A stretch of DNA of 63,951 nucleotides, counting the filler, from Basidiobolus ranarum (lineage: Eukaryota), in assembly GCA_040143965.1 (NCBI GenBank). It is 48 parts of 48 records of this genome, joined end to end, with 100 filler letters (N's around TTAATTAATTAA, not from the genome) between each part and the next. Parts side by side here need not be neighbours in the genome. Positions count along the whole stretch, not along the records: positions 1 to 1,239 come from JASJQH010012745.1; positions 1,340 to 2,578 come from JASJQH010012746.1; positions 2,679 to 3,917 come from JASJQH010012747.1; positions 4,018 to 5,256 come from JASJQH010012748.1; positions 5,357 to 6,595 come from JASJQH010012749.1; positions 6,696 to 7,933 come from JASJQH010012750.1; positions 8,034 to 9,271 come from JASJQH010012751.1; positions 9,372 to 10,609 come from JASJQH010012752.1; 40 more parts are not named here. One strand, 5' to 3'. The position numbers were made by a program, and so were the translations under genes. Position 1 is the first letter of the stretch. Every line of letters begins with the position of its first letter. This document shows positions 1 through 12,430 of this stretch, in pieces. The notes under the pieces are model-generated. The model worked only from the letters and a program-made list of their open reading frames with translations. It was not told the DNA's origin and did not search any database.

Positions 1-111
1 CTGTTTCCAAAATGGTAAATAACATTGTGCTGGATAGTGCCCAATCATGCCAATTTGTGCTGGCACACTTTTTAGCTGGCCTGATCTGGCTCAATAAAAT
101 GGAACAAGTCT
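1..111 (-). mobile_element. Terminus of a DNA transposon with AGACTTGTTCC end (same terminus family as the 182-bp MITE), inserted in a copia element
   Basis: Reverse complement of 34312-34422; ends GGAACAAGTCT; copia sequence homologous to 26577 onward resumes immediately after. Confidence 0.7.
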
Positions 112-1239
112 ATGGACTGAAAAATCTGGCATAGGTGATTGGGTCATCTAGGAGCTGAAAATATGAGATGTTTGATCAAAAACAAGATGGTTTTGGGACT
201 AAATTTTATAATTCCAATGGATCTGGAGCAATGTGAAGGTTCTCTGTATGGTAGGCAATGCCAACAGCCATAGGTGGGCTCTGGAATGAGCAAAATGGAT
301 CAAAAATTGGGCCTGATACACTCAGATCTGTGTAGCCCAATGCAGACAAAATTCTTAGGAGGAAAAAGGTATTTCATGATCTTTATTGATGATAAGACAA
401 AGTATACTCGTGTGAACCTTCTGGTCAGTAATGATGAAGCCTCTGATACCTTCAAGAAATTCAAAGCAATGATGGAGACTGAAACAGGTCTTAAGATTAA
501 GATTATCCATACTGATAATGGAGGGGTTTACACCTTAAAACTCTTCTCTAACTTCTGCTCAAAGCATGGGATAAAACAGCAAACTACAGTGCCATATTCT
601 CCATAGCAGAAAGGAGTAGCAGAATGTGCAAACAGATCAATAATGGACAAGGCAAGATCAATGCTTCATGATCAAGATTTACCAAAACATTTCTAGGCTG
701 AATTGGTTGCAACTACAGTATTTGTTAGGAATAGATGTCCTCCTAGGTCTTTATTGGCTATGACACATTATCAAGCTTGGTTTGGAAGTAAACCTGATGT
801 GGCTAATCTCAGAGTTTTTGGAAGTATGGCATATGCGATGATTCTAGAGCAGAAGAGATCACAATTAGATCAAAAAAGCCAGAAATATCTTTTTTTGGGA
901 TGCTGTGATGGAACAATAGGGTACAGACTATGATACACTGCAAATAAGATGCTAATCAAGCCCAGGGACATGGATTTTGTGAAGAACAAAAATTTTCATT
1001 TGAAACAATCCAGGATCAAGAGAAACAACCAAAAATTGATGAAAATTCTTCTTTCTCTCACCAGATCCTGATCAGTGACAAAAATATTGAAAACTCTTCA
1101 CCTGCAGTCTCCTCAACCAAGGCTGAGTTGGTGTCATTGCCTAAATTGGTACCAGAAGTTGTAGTACCATTTTCCCATATTAGGAGATCTAATTGGATGA
1201 GATCTCCACCTGATTATTACTCTCACACTAGCCAAAAGG
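112..1239 (+). mobile_element. Ty1/copia pol remnant (GAG-pre-integrase, integrase core)
   Basis: LIHSDLCSPM, IFIDDKTKY, IHTDNGG, VPYSP and KPDVANLRVFGS motifs; several in-frame stops. Confidence 0.93.
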
Positions 1240-1339
1240 NNNNNNNNNNNNNNNNNNNNNNNNNNNNNNNNNNNNNNNNNNNNTTAATTAATTAANNNNN
1301 NNNNNNNNNNNNNNNNNNNNNNNNNNNNNNNNNNNNNNN
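1240..1339. other. Artificial contig spacer (first of 47): N44-TTAATTAATTAA-N44
   Basis: Identical 100-bp spacer recurs every ~1.33 kb; the core has stops in all six frames; contig lengths fall monotonically from 1239 to 1229 bp. Confidence 0.99.
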
Positions 1340-2578
1340 TAATCCCCCAATTACATAGTAAACCAATAGTTGAGCAAAGTTCAACCAAAACACTGTCAAG
1401 ACCATCAACTTCCAAAGTGGCTACTTTGCCCACTATTGAACAATCCTCCATAGAAAATTTAGATAGAATTATTACAATAAGGAAACTGAAGGCAGAACAC
1501 CATAATGATTTGTTTGCAATCATAAGTAAAAGCTACAAAGCTGCTATACAGGCCATGACAAGCAATAACACCGCAATATTGCAATTAATTTGGTGTTTGG
1601 AAGCAACTAGTCAACAGTTAGAGAGTCACTCAACAATGTTACAAGACCTTCAGAATGCTGTACTTGAGCTACAGCAACATGCTGCTCCCTCTTTCCATTC
1701 TCATACAGGATTTCAATCAATCCCACACCATACATATGAATGTCACTGTGACAATCTAGCAGAGTGGAATATGTGCAGGACCATTAAGCCTACACAATGA
1801 TTCAAAATTGCTTGGGCATATGAGAGTAGAATTCTCATAGGAAAACTGGCAAGCCAAAAGACTCTGAATGTCAGAGCTGCCATCACTTGCTCTGATGATG
1901 AGTGGTTTGACATTTTGGAAACTGTGCAGAATCTTGCCCAAAATCACCTGGATTTGAGTCAATTGTGGAAAAACCAAAAACAAGGTGTTACTCTGAAGGT
2001 TCTTGACTTATTTCATGTGGCTTATCATGGGTTTTTGCAAGCAAAAGGCAATTGGGCTAGTATAGGCCTATTCATGAAACATCTCAAAAATGTATACAAA
2101 TATTGACTTGAAAAAGAAAGAAAAGCAGCTAAAGAAGTACTCAAGGAGCAGGAAGTGAGTAAACCCATGGGAAAAGCAAAGGAGCCTGTGAGTTTAGGCT
2201 CTACTATCCCACTTACCAAATTCTTCACACCATTAGGAAGATCTGCATGTCCAGAGTCAGATATACTGGCCAAAAAGCTTTATTTCACCTTGGAATCAGG
2301 TACCAGACTAAATGTCAAGTTGAATGTTCTTCTTCTGAAGCCACTTTCTGCATACTTGCACTGTGTTTTTCCCATCATACTTTTGAAAATACTTGTCAAG
2401 CACTTTGACTATTTTTGTACATCCTTGAAGTGTGGCACCACTATGGGTGCTTTGTGGTGTTTGTGCAGCTTTTTGCTTGCCTTTAACTTTGTGGCTAATT
2501 TCAACACTTTGAAAAGTACCAGTTGAGGTTGGAAAGCTGTGAGTTTTATTTACTGGTGTTTTGGCTTGTTGAGACGAG
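1340..2578 (+). mobile_element. CMC/EnSpm-like element accessory ORF (ORF-B) remnant, with an inverted segment from ~2303
   Basis: Homologous to 59237-59963 and to the reverse complement of 11350-11947; 2303-2578 matches 11044-11317 in the opposite orientation. Confidence 0.8.
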
Positions 2579-2678
2579 NNNNNNNNNNNNNNNNNNNNNN
2601 NNNNNNNNNNNNNNNNNNNNNNTTAATTAATTAANNNNNNNNNNNNNNNNNNNNNNNNNNNNNNNNNNNNNNNNNNNN

Positions 2679-2826
2679 AGAGGAGAATCTTCTCATATAA
2701 AGATCTCCTAGAAGGGTACCAACTAAAACTTGTTTTAAATATGGCTGACCCCCCTCCTCGGTTGGGGGGCCCAAAGTAAATTCACCCCGTTGAGCTTTAG
2801 TTAATCGTTTAACTAAATTATTAGTG
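2679..2826 (-). pseudogene. Mitochondrial-type LAGLIDADG homing endonuclease fragment (probable NUMT)
   Basis: Translation KRLTKAQRGEFTL...PYLKQVLVGTLLGDLYMRRFSS matches the first motif of LAGLIDADG_2 intron ORFs; AT-rich with a GC hairpin insert. Confidence 0.75.
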
Positions 2827-3110
2827 CCTTGCATTGGAATTGGCAATTGGCAACACAGTGATCCTTGCTGGTTCCACACCTAAAATTGAGTAAAATAAAG
2901 TTAGCACGATGCTATTCATAGTTGGTCATAGTCCATGAAAGAGAAGTAAGAAAAATACCATCCGTATGAAGAGCAACACTCGCCACTGGGACAAGTTACC
3001 TTCTCTCCCTTAATCACGCCACATCTGTCATCCTTGGAGACACGAGCTTGAGTAGCTGTGACCTGAAGGAAAACGGCAATGGAGAGAACCACAGCTTTAG
3101 AAAAATACAT
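2813..3110 (-). CDS. Secreted hevein/CBM18 chitin-binding protein; exons 3110-2959 and 2879-2813, probably truncated by the NUMT
   Basis: Signal peptide MYFSKAVVLSIAVFLQVTATQA; CG..CPSGECCSSYGW|CGTSKDHCVANCQFQC 8-Cys pattern after removing a 79-nt GT-AG intron (2880-2958) with a GCTAAC branch site. Confidence 0.85.
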
Positions 3111-3793
3111 TACTACTTGAAATGAATATAGTAGAGCTTCCTTCATTCTTTCAGTTTTATATTTTTCAAAAAGATACTGATGCTCATAATCATGCACATT
3201 ACAGCATTCACTTCACGCTAATGTCACACAGGACTTGCCTGGAGATTCCGTATCGTAATTGTGCACATTGAAAAATGAAGCATCTTTTCTGTTCTATTTT
3301 TACATTGTGCAACACGTGTACGATACTATATTGAAATCATACTCTTTAACTAACAATAAATTGCACTAAATTAGCGTACTATTCAAAGTAACGTTTAGAA
3401 ACGTCTTAGATTTCATGTGTGCATATTTTCATCTGACAAAACTGGATTATTCGTTGCTTATAGTTTGTGTGCCCAATAACATGACTTACTATACTCTTGA
3501 CTGGCAATGCATATATGTACTTAGATGAATTTGTTTACCCTTCCTACTCCTCAACAATTTCGTTAAATCAGTTTAAAAGCTTCCACAGTCAACAATAAGA
3601 ATGTAGATTCTTATCGTATTTAAGCTATCACATATAACGATCATACTGTAAACTCATTCTAAATCATACATGGTTGCAACACGTTTATTGAACTTTTGCT
3701 TATCGAAGTATGCATCAATTAAATTAATTAGGTAATAAGGCTATATGTAAATGTATTAAAATATGATATTAGTATGCAGGAGTATCATTCAAA

Positions 3794-3917
3794 TCAATGA
3801 TAGAGGCCAGAGTCACCGAGACAATCAGCAACAGTGGTGATCTTGAATCCTGATTTGATCACAGTGTCAAGAATACCAGCAGCGGCTTGAATGGTGCTGG
3901 GTTGGATGTCATGTTGG
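3794..3917 (-). CDS. C-terminus of a CE4 polysaccharide/chitin deacetylase (5'-partial)
   Basis: QHDIQPSTIQAAAGILDTVIKSGFKITTVADCLGDSGLYH*: motif-5 HD and the TVADCLG tail typical of fungal chitin deacetylases. Confidence 0.8.
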
Positions 3918-4017
3918 NNNNNNNNNNNNNNNNNNNNNNNNNNNNNNNNNNNNNNNNNNNNTTAATTAATTAANNNNNNNNNNNNNNNNNNNNNNNNNNN
4001 NNNNNNNNNNNNNNNNN

Positions 4018-5256
4018 CATATGTTGTTCTTAATTGGGGAGCAAATTTCTTCATCAGTAGCTTTTTCCCATTTTGTCATTTCATCAGATTTTGGAGGATG
4101 TCCCAAATTTTCTGGTTTGAAAAAAGCTATATGTGCTGCTATATTCCACCCTTTTCTGAATTCAATATGTGAATTTCATTCTCTGATTTGAGACATTCAA
4201 AGTTCTAGGTAGAGAGGTCAGATGTTTCACTTATAGGATACTTATGATTTCCACTTGGTAGCAATTCTGAGACCTGATAGCCTGAATCATTCAATTGGTT
4301 GCATACTTTTGTGATTCATTACACTCTTCCAGTAATTGATTGCATTCAATATCATCAATATTGTGAGTAAGATAGCTCTAAGAGTAAAAATTTTGTAGAA
4401 AGTTAGCACCTTGTTTCCAAGCCTAACCTCCAGGTTCCTGATTAGCTGGAAAAATACCCTGTTCCTGATCTACATATTTTATATTGGCCAAGATAACATC
4501 CTGATATTCAGAAGCTGATTCTTAATCATCAATATTTTCAGAGCAATGTTAAGGCTTTCTGGTATAAGGTCAGGGCTTGCTAGCCATGGCTTTGTTACTG
4601 AATTTCATTCCTTTATTACTGAATAGACATTTACTTTTTCATCCTGTTGTGGTTGGGACCATTACTTCAGATATTTTGAAATAGTTTAACACTTCCCCCT
4701 TGCTTGAAAAAAGATATGAAACTATTAAGTGTGATTTAATCTCAAAAAAGATGACTAAATATTGGTGCTTACTTGGTGTCAGAGTTTTCATTGGGCCACA
4801 TAAGTCTACATCACTATAATCCAATAAATCTTTGACTCTGCTAGCATTGATATTTGGTAACATCATAAAGTGCAAGTACCACTCCAATACATAGGCTATT
4901 TTTGTACAATATTTTCACACTATCATAGCTTAGATGACCCAAGTGCTTAGGTCAAGTCATTAAGTCTCCAGGAATAATAGTTTGAAAGTAAGCTAGTCTC
5001 AGTTGTTGATGCAATATCTAGGTGCTTTGGATTTCTGGTTCTTATACTAGTTACTACTATCAAGTCCTTTGATATATATGGTTACTATTCCTTGGCTGAA
5101 TTTGACATTGTAATGTTTCTTTTTCATTGCTCTAATTGAAAATAGGTTTGTTGTCAATGAATCAATTTATAAGACATACTCCAAGGATACCAATACACTT
5201 TTAGTTTTACTTATTTGTAAGTTGGGTGTTACTTTTCCAGTTCCATGTGAAAACCA
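4018..5256 (-). mobile_element. Heavily decayed Ty1/copia pol (protease-integrase-linker)
   Basis: DLCGPMKTLT integrase motif; linker homologous to 26750-27120 and 40700-41100. Confidence 0.8.
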
Positions 5257-5356
5257 NNNNNNNNNNNNNNNNNNNNNNNNNNNNNNNNNNNNNNNNNNNN
5301 TTAATTAATTAANNNNNNNNNNNNNNNNNNNNNNNNNNNNNNNNNNNNNNNNNNNN

Positions 5357-5735
5357 CTGAGGTCTGATCAAGGAATACTTGGGGCTTATATAGATATTGC
5401 AAGGTGAAACATAATATACTTAATAGGGAATATACTGTGGCAAGTTCAAGAGTTAGGATGTTAGGGACTACAAGGACCAATACAAAGAGGGATGATGTAA
5501 GGATATCAGGTGATCTTCCATGGAAGGTCTTGGTGGAAATACAATATGTGTGAGATGATATGATTAGTTAGGTTTCATGGAATGTTCCAAAGAACATGAC
5601 TTCCATATAAGGTAATCTGAATGAATTGACACCAGATTGCCAAGAAGGGATGGCACAACAGATATGATGTCATAATCTAATAATAGAAGAGTTCTATTTG
5701 CTGTGGATCAGTATGCCAAGATTGGAATCATGACA
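5357..5735 (-). repeat. Ty3/gypsy 3' LTR (family C; TGTCATGA...TTGTGACA), partial
   Basis: Begins TG right after the polypurine tract AGAAGGGGATAC; other pieces at 13058-13284, 13385-13528, 41599-41810 and 46199-46421. Confidence 0.8.
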
Positions 5736-5749
5736 GTATCCCCTTCTTT

Positions 5750-6012
5750 AGTGATGGCTTCTAGACATCATAGGGCCAGGTTTTTCTGTGTAGGCTTCAT
5801 GAAACTCCTGGCAAAGTTCCTTGGAATTGGAAAGATTTGTTGCTGGCTCCCATGATTGATCATTTGTTGAGTATCCTTTCCAGTCCACTAAATATTGCAA
5901 CTTATGTCAATAAATTCAGGAATCTAGGATTTTGCTAATTTCATCTTCAGGGTGTTCTTCCACTTGGATTGCTGGGAATGGGTCAATGGATTAGCCCTGG
6001 AAGGTGTTTCTG
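5750..6012 (-). mobile_element. Chromovirus (Ty3/gypsy) integrase C-terminal chromodomain remnant
   Basis: EISKILDS...KLQYLVDWKGYSTNDQSWEPATNLSNSKELCQEFHEAYTEKPGP directly upstream of the PPT and LTR. Confidence 0.88.
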
Positions 6013-6695
6013 GCATGTGGACTTTGAAATGGGCTGGGAGTTCAATGCGGTGTAGTGGGGTAGCATTGCTACCCACTGGCAGGTAGACTTATTTCCACTC
6101 CAAGCTCATATGATTGTTATTGCACAATTTTTATTTTATTACCCTTATATGACTTACCCATATTTTCTAGCCAATCATATCACACTATTAGTATTATCCG
6201 CTATTACTTCAGATTCATCAGTATTAACCCACATTAGCCCTATTATTTGCTGGAAAATTCCACAATCTTCCAGATCATTCAACAAGATTCTTGGAATATT
6301 TGATGATTGATTAAGTTTTGACCAATCAAAACTTGATTTTGCCGCAACATTCCATGACTTTCTGGATTATTCTACAACTTTCCGGAACATTCCATGGATT
6401 ACTGATCTCATGATTTATGATGATATCATAGCCCCAGATCCCCACCAATAGAATTCTCTGGAACTTTCCGGAAATTCTCATTATTAATCATATCAACCTT
6501 CAGAAAAGTATAAATAGGAGCCATATCTTTTCAAATAAAAATCATCCTGGTTTTCAACTAACAATTACTACTTGTGATCACCCCTTATTTTCACCNNNNN
6601 NNNNNNNNNNNNNNNNNNNNNNNNNNNNNNNNNNNNNNNTTAATTAATTAANNNNNNNNNNNNNNNNNNNNNNNNNNNNNNNNNNNNNNNNNNNN

Positions 6696-7933
6696 AGTGT
6701 TTCCCTAACGCTTAGTGCTGGGCACCATACCCTTCATCGCTTGCCAGTAGCCTTCAGCTCTGCCCAGACTCTCTTTTAAGTGTTTTCTGTACCAGTTGTT
6801 TGTTATTACCTTACCCTTCGTCGTTTTCAGTAGTCTTTGGCACTTCTTTACCACTTTATAGGCTTTCCTTCAAATGTTTCCCATTCCCGTCGTTTGTGGC
6901 ACCATACTCTGCATCATTTGTCAATGGTCTTTAGCTCTCTGTATACTCTCCTTTAAGTATTTCCCATACCGCTCATTTCTTGGTACCATATCCTTACCAT
7001 ACCTTTCATCAGTTGCAAGCAGTCTTTACCACTTGGTAGCCTCTCCTTCAATTTCAACCCTATTATTAGTCTAATCTTCCAACCATATAGAATATTCTAG
7101 TAGCTTCTACTTATCACTAGCGCCAGTGGTCTTGTTGCTTTGCATCCAGAAGTTTGTACGTATTTAGCACAATATATGATCTAACAGGCTATTCTTTGAT
7201 CTGTTGTAAACATGAATACTACAATATCCGATTGAAAATGAATTTGTCCAAAAGTCGCGTGAGTATTGAGAGCACACCAGTTGGAGATATCGCATCGGAT
7301 TCAAATTGAAGTTTTGTTTTACTCTTTCTTTGTTTGGATGAGACATTCATTAAGAATGAAACTATTGATTTTAATAAAAGTTTAAATAGCTATGATAATC
7401 AATTAGGATGAAGCGGAAATGGCTTTGTTTTGAACAAAAATGAACCAGAACCAATAGGGCAAAAGAGGAATCGTAATGTCCATTAGTTAGTAGTCTTTGG
7501 CACTTTGTGGTCTTTTTTTGAATGTTTCCCATACCCGTCTTTTCATGGCACCATACCATTTGTCGTTTGTCAGTAGTCTTTAGCACTTCCTAAACTCGAC
7601 CTTAAACATTTTCCGTACCCATCGTTTCCTGGCACCATACCCTTTCTCTCTTGTCAGTAGTCTTTAGTGCTTTGTAGATTATCCTTTGAGTATTTCCCGT
7701 CACTATATTTTTCGTTATTTATCAGTAGACCTTAGCACTTAATAAACTAACTCTACTTCGTGTTTCCTAACTGCTTTTTCTTGATACTATACCCATTGTC
7801 ACTTGTCTGTTGTATTTAGCATTTGATAAAATGTACTTTAAGTATTTTCCATAGCGGTCATTTCTTGGTACCATACCCTTCATCGCTTGTCAGTAGTATT
7901 TAGCACTGCCTTAGACTTTCCTGTAAATGTTTC
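6696..7933. repeat. Degenerate ~84-bp tandem repeat array, interrupted at ~7150-7470
   Basis: GG(C/T)ACCATA anchors at ~6721, 6898, 6982, 7548, 7631 and 7867; TCAGTAGTCTTTAGC motif recurs. Confidence 0.8.
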
Positions 7934-8101
7934 NNNNNNNNNNNNNNNNNNNNNNNNNNNNNNNNNNNNNNNNNNNNTTAATTAATTAANNNNNNNNNNN
8001 NNNNNNNNNNNNNNNNNNNNNNNNNNNNNNNNNAACAGAAATTGAAGCAAGTAATATAGATATGGTGTAAGTTAAACAACTTTTTATGTTGGTGCATAAC
8101 A

Positions 8102-9271
8102 GAGTATATGAGCTATAGTATTTAACAAATATAGCTTTGAGGGTGGTGATAGGAAAGCCAGTAGTTGCTTTTGGATTAATGAGCAATGACCATTTAGACT
8201 AGATGGAGAGCATGATACTAACCTTGTATTGAGCTGGCACAATACTGATTAATGTTGCATGTGTGAGTTATTTATATAAGAATTTCATTTATCATGGTAA
8301 AATCCCTACATTCTATATGATAAGATTCCTGTTTGCATTTATTATCCTGATTATTTCAATTATATGTAATTGCATGGATATTTGATAATAAACTGCATCA
8401 GCAAAGTTAATTATGGTTTGATCTGAGTCAAATTATTTACTATACATATTGAAATGGCTCAATGTGGAATGCATTATGCTTGAGCACACTATAGGAAATT
8501 AACTTTGAGATTATAACCAATAACATAAATAGATCCCTAGTTCTGATTGAAACCAATAAAGTCTACCATCATAGATATATATGGCAGTTACATATCATGT
8601 CAAAATAGATTTTTCCTGCATTGCAACCTACTTTGCTACAGGAAACCACCACTTCAAAAATTTTGCATATGCAGTCAAATCAAGATGTAGGTGGCACAAA
8701 GCAGCATGGGCCTAATAATTTTACAGAAGCCCAAGTATCCACTCTGAATTCTTGCTTGGATATATGGGAGCTATTGATAAGCTTGATAGAAGCTGGGGAA
8801 GGGGGTATTAAACAATAGTGGAAGCAACTTTTGACTAAGCTTAGGAGAGAACACTGTATGTTCATGCCTTCAGAAGTCTGCAAGAAATATACAATAAGAC
8901 TCCTGAGGATAGAAAGTGTGAATTGAGAAATAGGAAATTCAATTTTTAGTCCACAAAGAGACAATTCCAATTGCATTTTTGCTTGTATGGACTGAAAGCA
9001 ACTGTTGCAGCCTCAGCTGTAGAGGCAAAAGATGTTCAAAATAGATATCTACAACCACTCAGTGAGACTTTGCAGCAACTATTAATGGAGGTTGCAGAGT
9101 TCAAAACAACATTTCAGGACACTATGACAAGAGTAATCAACAGAGGTGTGCAGAGAAATGCAAGACAATTTATTGAATCAGAAGATATTCCCAAAGGCAA
9201 ATGGGAGCACTCCAGACCATTGCAGAGACGTACGCATTAGATCCTTATTAGCATAAGAATATGTGTATCTT
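8102..9271 (+). mobile_element. Myb/trihelix-ORF element remnant (putative PIF/Harbinger group)
   Basis: Homologous to 12280-13057, 29421-30655, 38763-39995 and 62723-63951; contains stops and frameshifts. Confidence 0.65.
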
Positions 9272-9461
9272 NNNNNNNNNNNNNNNNNNNNNNNNNNNNN
9301 NNNNNNNNNNNNNNNTTAATTAATTAANNNNNNNNNNNNNNNNNNNNNNNNNNNNNNNNNNNNNNNNNNNNTAATGTTAACTAACTTATATGTGATATAT
9401 GAAATAGTTAGGTGTATAAAGATAGAGATAACAAATATGATAAAGACAATAAACTTCAACA

Positions 9462-10345
9462 ATGCAATGGGTAAAGCAGACTCCAGAGTATATTAACCTG
9501 CCAACAAAGGGCTCTTTTCAATGTGCTCATGGTTTTTGCATTGTTTGAGCACAATAACAGCAACAAAGCCCAATACATGGACACAGAGTGAGTACCTCTA
9601 TAATTGGACTAATTTGCTTGTGTGATAATCTGACAGTATTTTTAGGAAAGCTGCAAGACAGACTTCTTGGTGAGATAGATCAAGATAAACAGTATTATTG
9701 TTTCAGCCATGGAGTAATCTATTCCAGCAATGACACATCTACTTGTGGCAGGACATTTGTTGACTGCAAGTCAGGGATATATAGGCTGAATTCTTTATGG
9801 AAATTTGCCAAAATCCAAGAGCTTATTCTCATTGTGAATGGTAACAAGAGTCAGCTCTTTGCCAAGTGTCAGTGCTATTCAAAGTTTCAGATGTTTAGCA
9901 ATTTTTCCACCATTAGTTTGCTGGTAAAGCATGTTGATGTTGTTGAGTTATGTCTAATCAGTCAAGTATGTGCATATGTAGACAATTAACACAACAAGAT
10001 TCTTGTATTTTTTGATTCTCATTATGGCTGGAATACAAAGCCTAAAATATCTAAATAAAGGCATGCATATTAATTCAAATTCCTACAGCAGTAAACCCAG
10101 TAATATGCCATTCAAAAATTATATTTTTGCAAAAATTTCCAAATATTGAATAATGCATGCCAAATTTGTGTATCAATATTTTAACATGTATGAAATACTG
10201 TCAAAATACTGTCAAGAAACCACCATCATACCATCAAAATCCCTGGCAGAATACAAGCCACCAATATTGTGACAGTTCTCTGATGCTTTTGCTCTTTTGG
10301 AGGGTGGATCCAATCCAGATCAAATTGATTTTTTTTTTGTTAGGG
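9462..10345 (+). mobile_element. CMC/EnSpm-like transposase C-terminal region and terminus B (…TGTTAGGG)
   Basis: Reverse complement of 18733-18970 and 35316-35994; ends at the TIR. Confidence 0.85.
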
Positions 10346-10709
10346 AACTTCTAAGTTTTTAAAAAATTTTTAAGTAAATTCCAATTTAGAATAATGGATA
10401 ATATTGTAGCGTGTAATTACATAACTAAGTACCAAGCTATATATGACTTCATAGATGCTTAGCAATGTTAATTTCAACACTTGGATCACTAGCACATTGT
10501 CTTGGAATGCAAATACATCAAAATTCTAATATTGGAACACTCTAATTCACATAAGAAAAATACATTGGAGATGTTTTTAACAGATTCAAGATGCCAGAAT
10601 GTAAAACAGNNNNNNNNNNNNNNNNNNNNNNNNNNNNNNNNNNNNNNNNNNNNTTAATTAATTAANNNNNNNNNNNNNNNNNNNNNNNNNNNNNNNNNNN
10701 NNNNNNNNN

Positions 10710-11947
10710 AAATAGATGCGCATGATTGGCTACAATCTCAGAAAACTATGGAGCAACATATGTGCAAAAAACATAACTCAAATTTTACATAATTACCACT
10801 TGAATGCTAATTTTACACCTCTGCAATCCATAATATCTGTGATATATTCTCCTGAATATTTTTATAGAGTTCTTCATATCCAAGGTTTAGCTCATACCCA
10901 ACACAAGTTTCTATCAATATCTCCATCAAAGCCCAACATTGTATTAATGTTGCTGAATCAACATTCTTCCAGCTATCTGGCAGATACCTGGCAATATTGT
11001 GCCACTCTGTATTAGGCTCTTCCCAGATATCTGCATGGTCAACACCAGACTGAATATCAAGTTATATGTTCTTCTTCTGAAGCCACTTTCTGCAGACTTG
11101 CACTGCATTTTTCCCTTCATACTTTTGAACATACTCCTCAAGCACTTTGAATATTTTTGTACATCCTTGTAGTATGACACTACTGAGGGTGCTCTGCAGT
11201 GTTTGTGCGGCTTTTTGCTTGCCTTTGAGTTTGGGGATAATTTCAACACTTTGAAAAGTACCAGTAAAGGTTGGGGAGCTGTGAGTTTTATTTGCTGGTG
11301 TTTTAGCTTGTTGAGAGGTGCCAGGTGTTGGATAAACTTCCAAATTTAGCACTCTTCTAACAGGTTTACCTGGTCCTTGGTGAAATTAAGCTTTTATGCC
11401 AATGTATCTGACTCCAAAAATGCAGATCTTTGTAATGGTGTGAAGAGTTTTTTGGTAAGTGGGACAGTAGAGCCTAAGCTCACTGGCTCCTTTGTTTTCC
11501 CTTGGGTATACTAACTTCCTACTCCTTGAGTACTTCTTTAGCTGCTTTTCTTTCTTTTCCAAGTCAATAATTGCATACATTTTTGAGATGTTTCATGAAT
11601 AGGCCTATGCTAGCCCAATTGCCATTTGCTTGCAAAAACCCAGGATAAGCCACATGAAATAAGTCAAGATCCTTCAGAGTAACACCTGGTTTTTGGTTTT
11701 TCCACAATTGACTCAAATCCAGGTGATTTTGGGCAAGATTCCGCATAGTTTCCAAAATGTTAAACCACTCATCATCAGAGCAAGTGACAGCAGCTCTGAT
11801 ATTCAGGGTCTTTTGGTTTGCTGGTTTTCCTATAAGATTTCTACTTTCATGTGCCCAAGCCATTTTGGGTCTTTGTGTAGGCTTAATGGTCCAACACATA
11901 TTTTGCTCTGCTAGATTGTCACGGTGACGTTCATATGTATGGTGTGG
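10710..11947 (-). mobile_element. CMC/EnSpm-like element ORF-B C-terminal half, running toward terminus A
   Basis: Overlaps 59620-59963 at one end and 24930-25313 at the other. Confidence 0.85.
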
Positions 11948-12047
11948 NNNNNNNNNNNNNNNNNNNNNNNNNNNNNNNNNNNNNNNNNNNNTTAATTAAT
12001 TAANNNNNNNNNNNNNNNNNNNNNNNNNNNNNNNNNNNNNNNNNNNN

Positions 12048-12430
12048 ATATGAACTCTATTGGGAAATACTCCAGGAAATGGAAGGAAATTAGAGTCTCT
12101 AAATCTTTTGTCCCAGGCATCTTCAACATCATTCATCACTGAAGCTAGATAATTCTCAATTACTTGAAGCCTGATATGGAAGCTTCTCCACTTTTGCTAC
12201 CATTAATAGTGCACTGAAATATAATTTGACACAGGTTTTTGTTGTAACAAAACAAATTGACTAGATGCTTTCTGGTAGGTAATGGAGTATATGAGCCACA
12301 GTATTTCTCAAATATAGCTTCTAGGGTGATGATAGGAAAGCCAGTAGTTACTTTTGGATTAATGAGGAATGACCATTTAGAGTAGATGGAGAGCATGATG
12401 TTAATCTTGTCTTGAGCTGGCACAATACTG
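12048..12430 (-). pseudogene. Putative PIF/Harbinger-group (DDE_Tnp_4-like) transposase N-terminus, divergent from the Myb-like ORF
   Basis: TTGFPIITLEAIFEKYCGSYTPLPTRKHLVNLFCY then, after a frameshift, RSFHIRLQVIENYLASVMNDVEDAWDKRF..NFLPFPGVFPNRVH; the catalytic region lies beyond the contig end. Confidence 0.45.
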
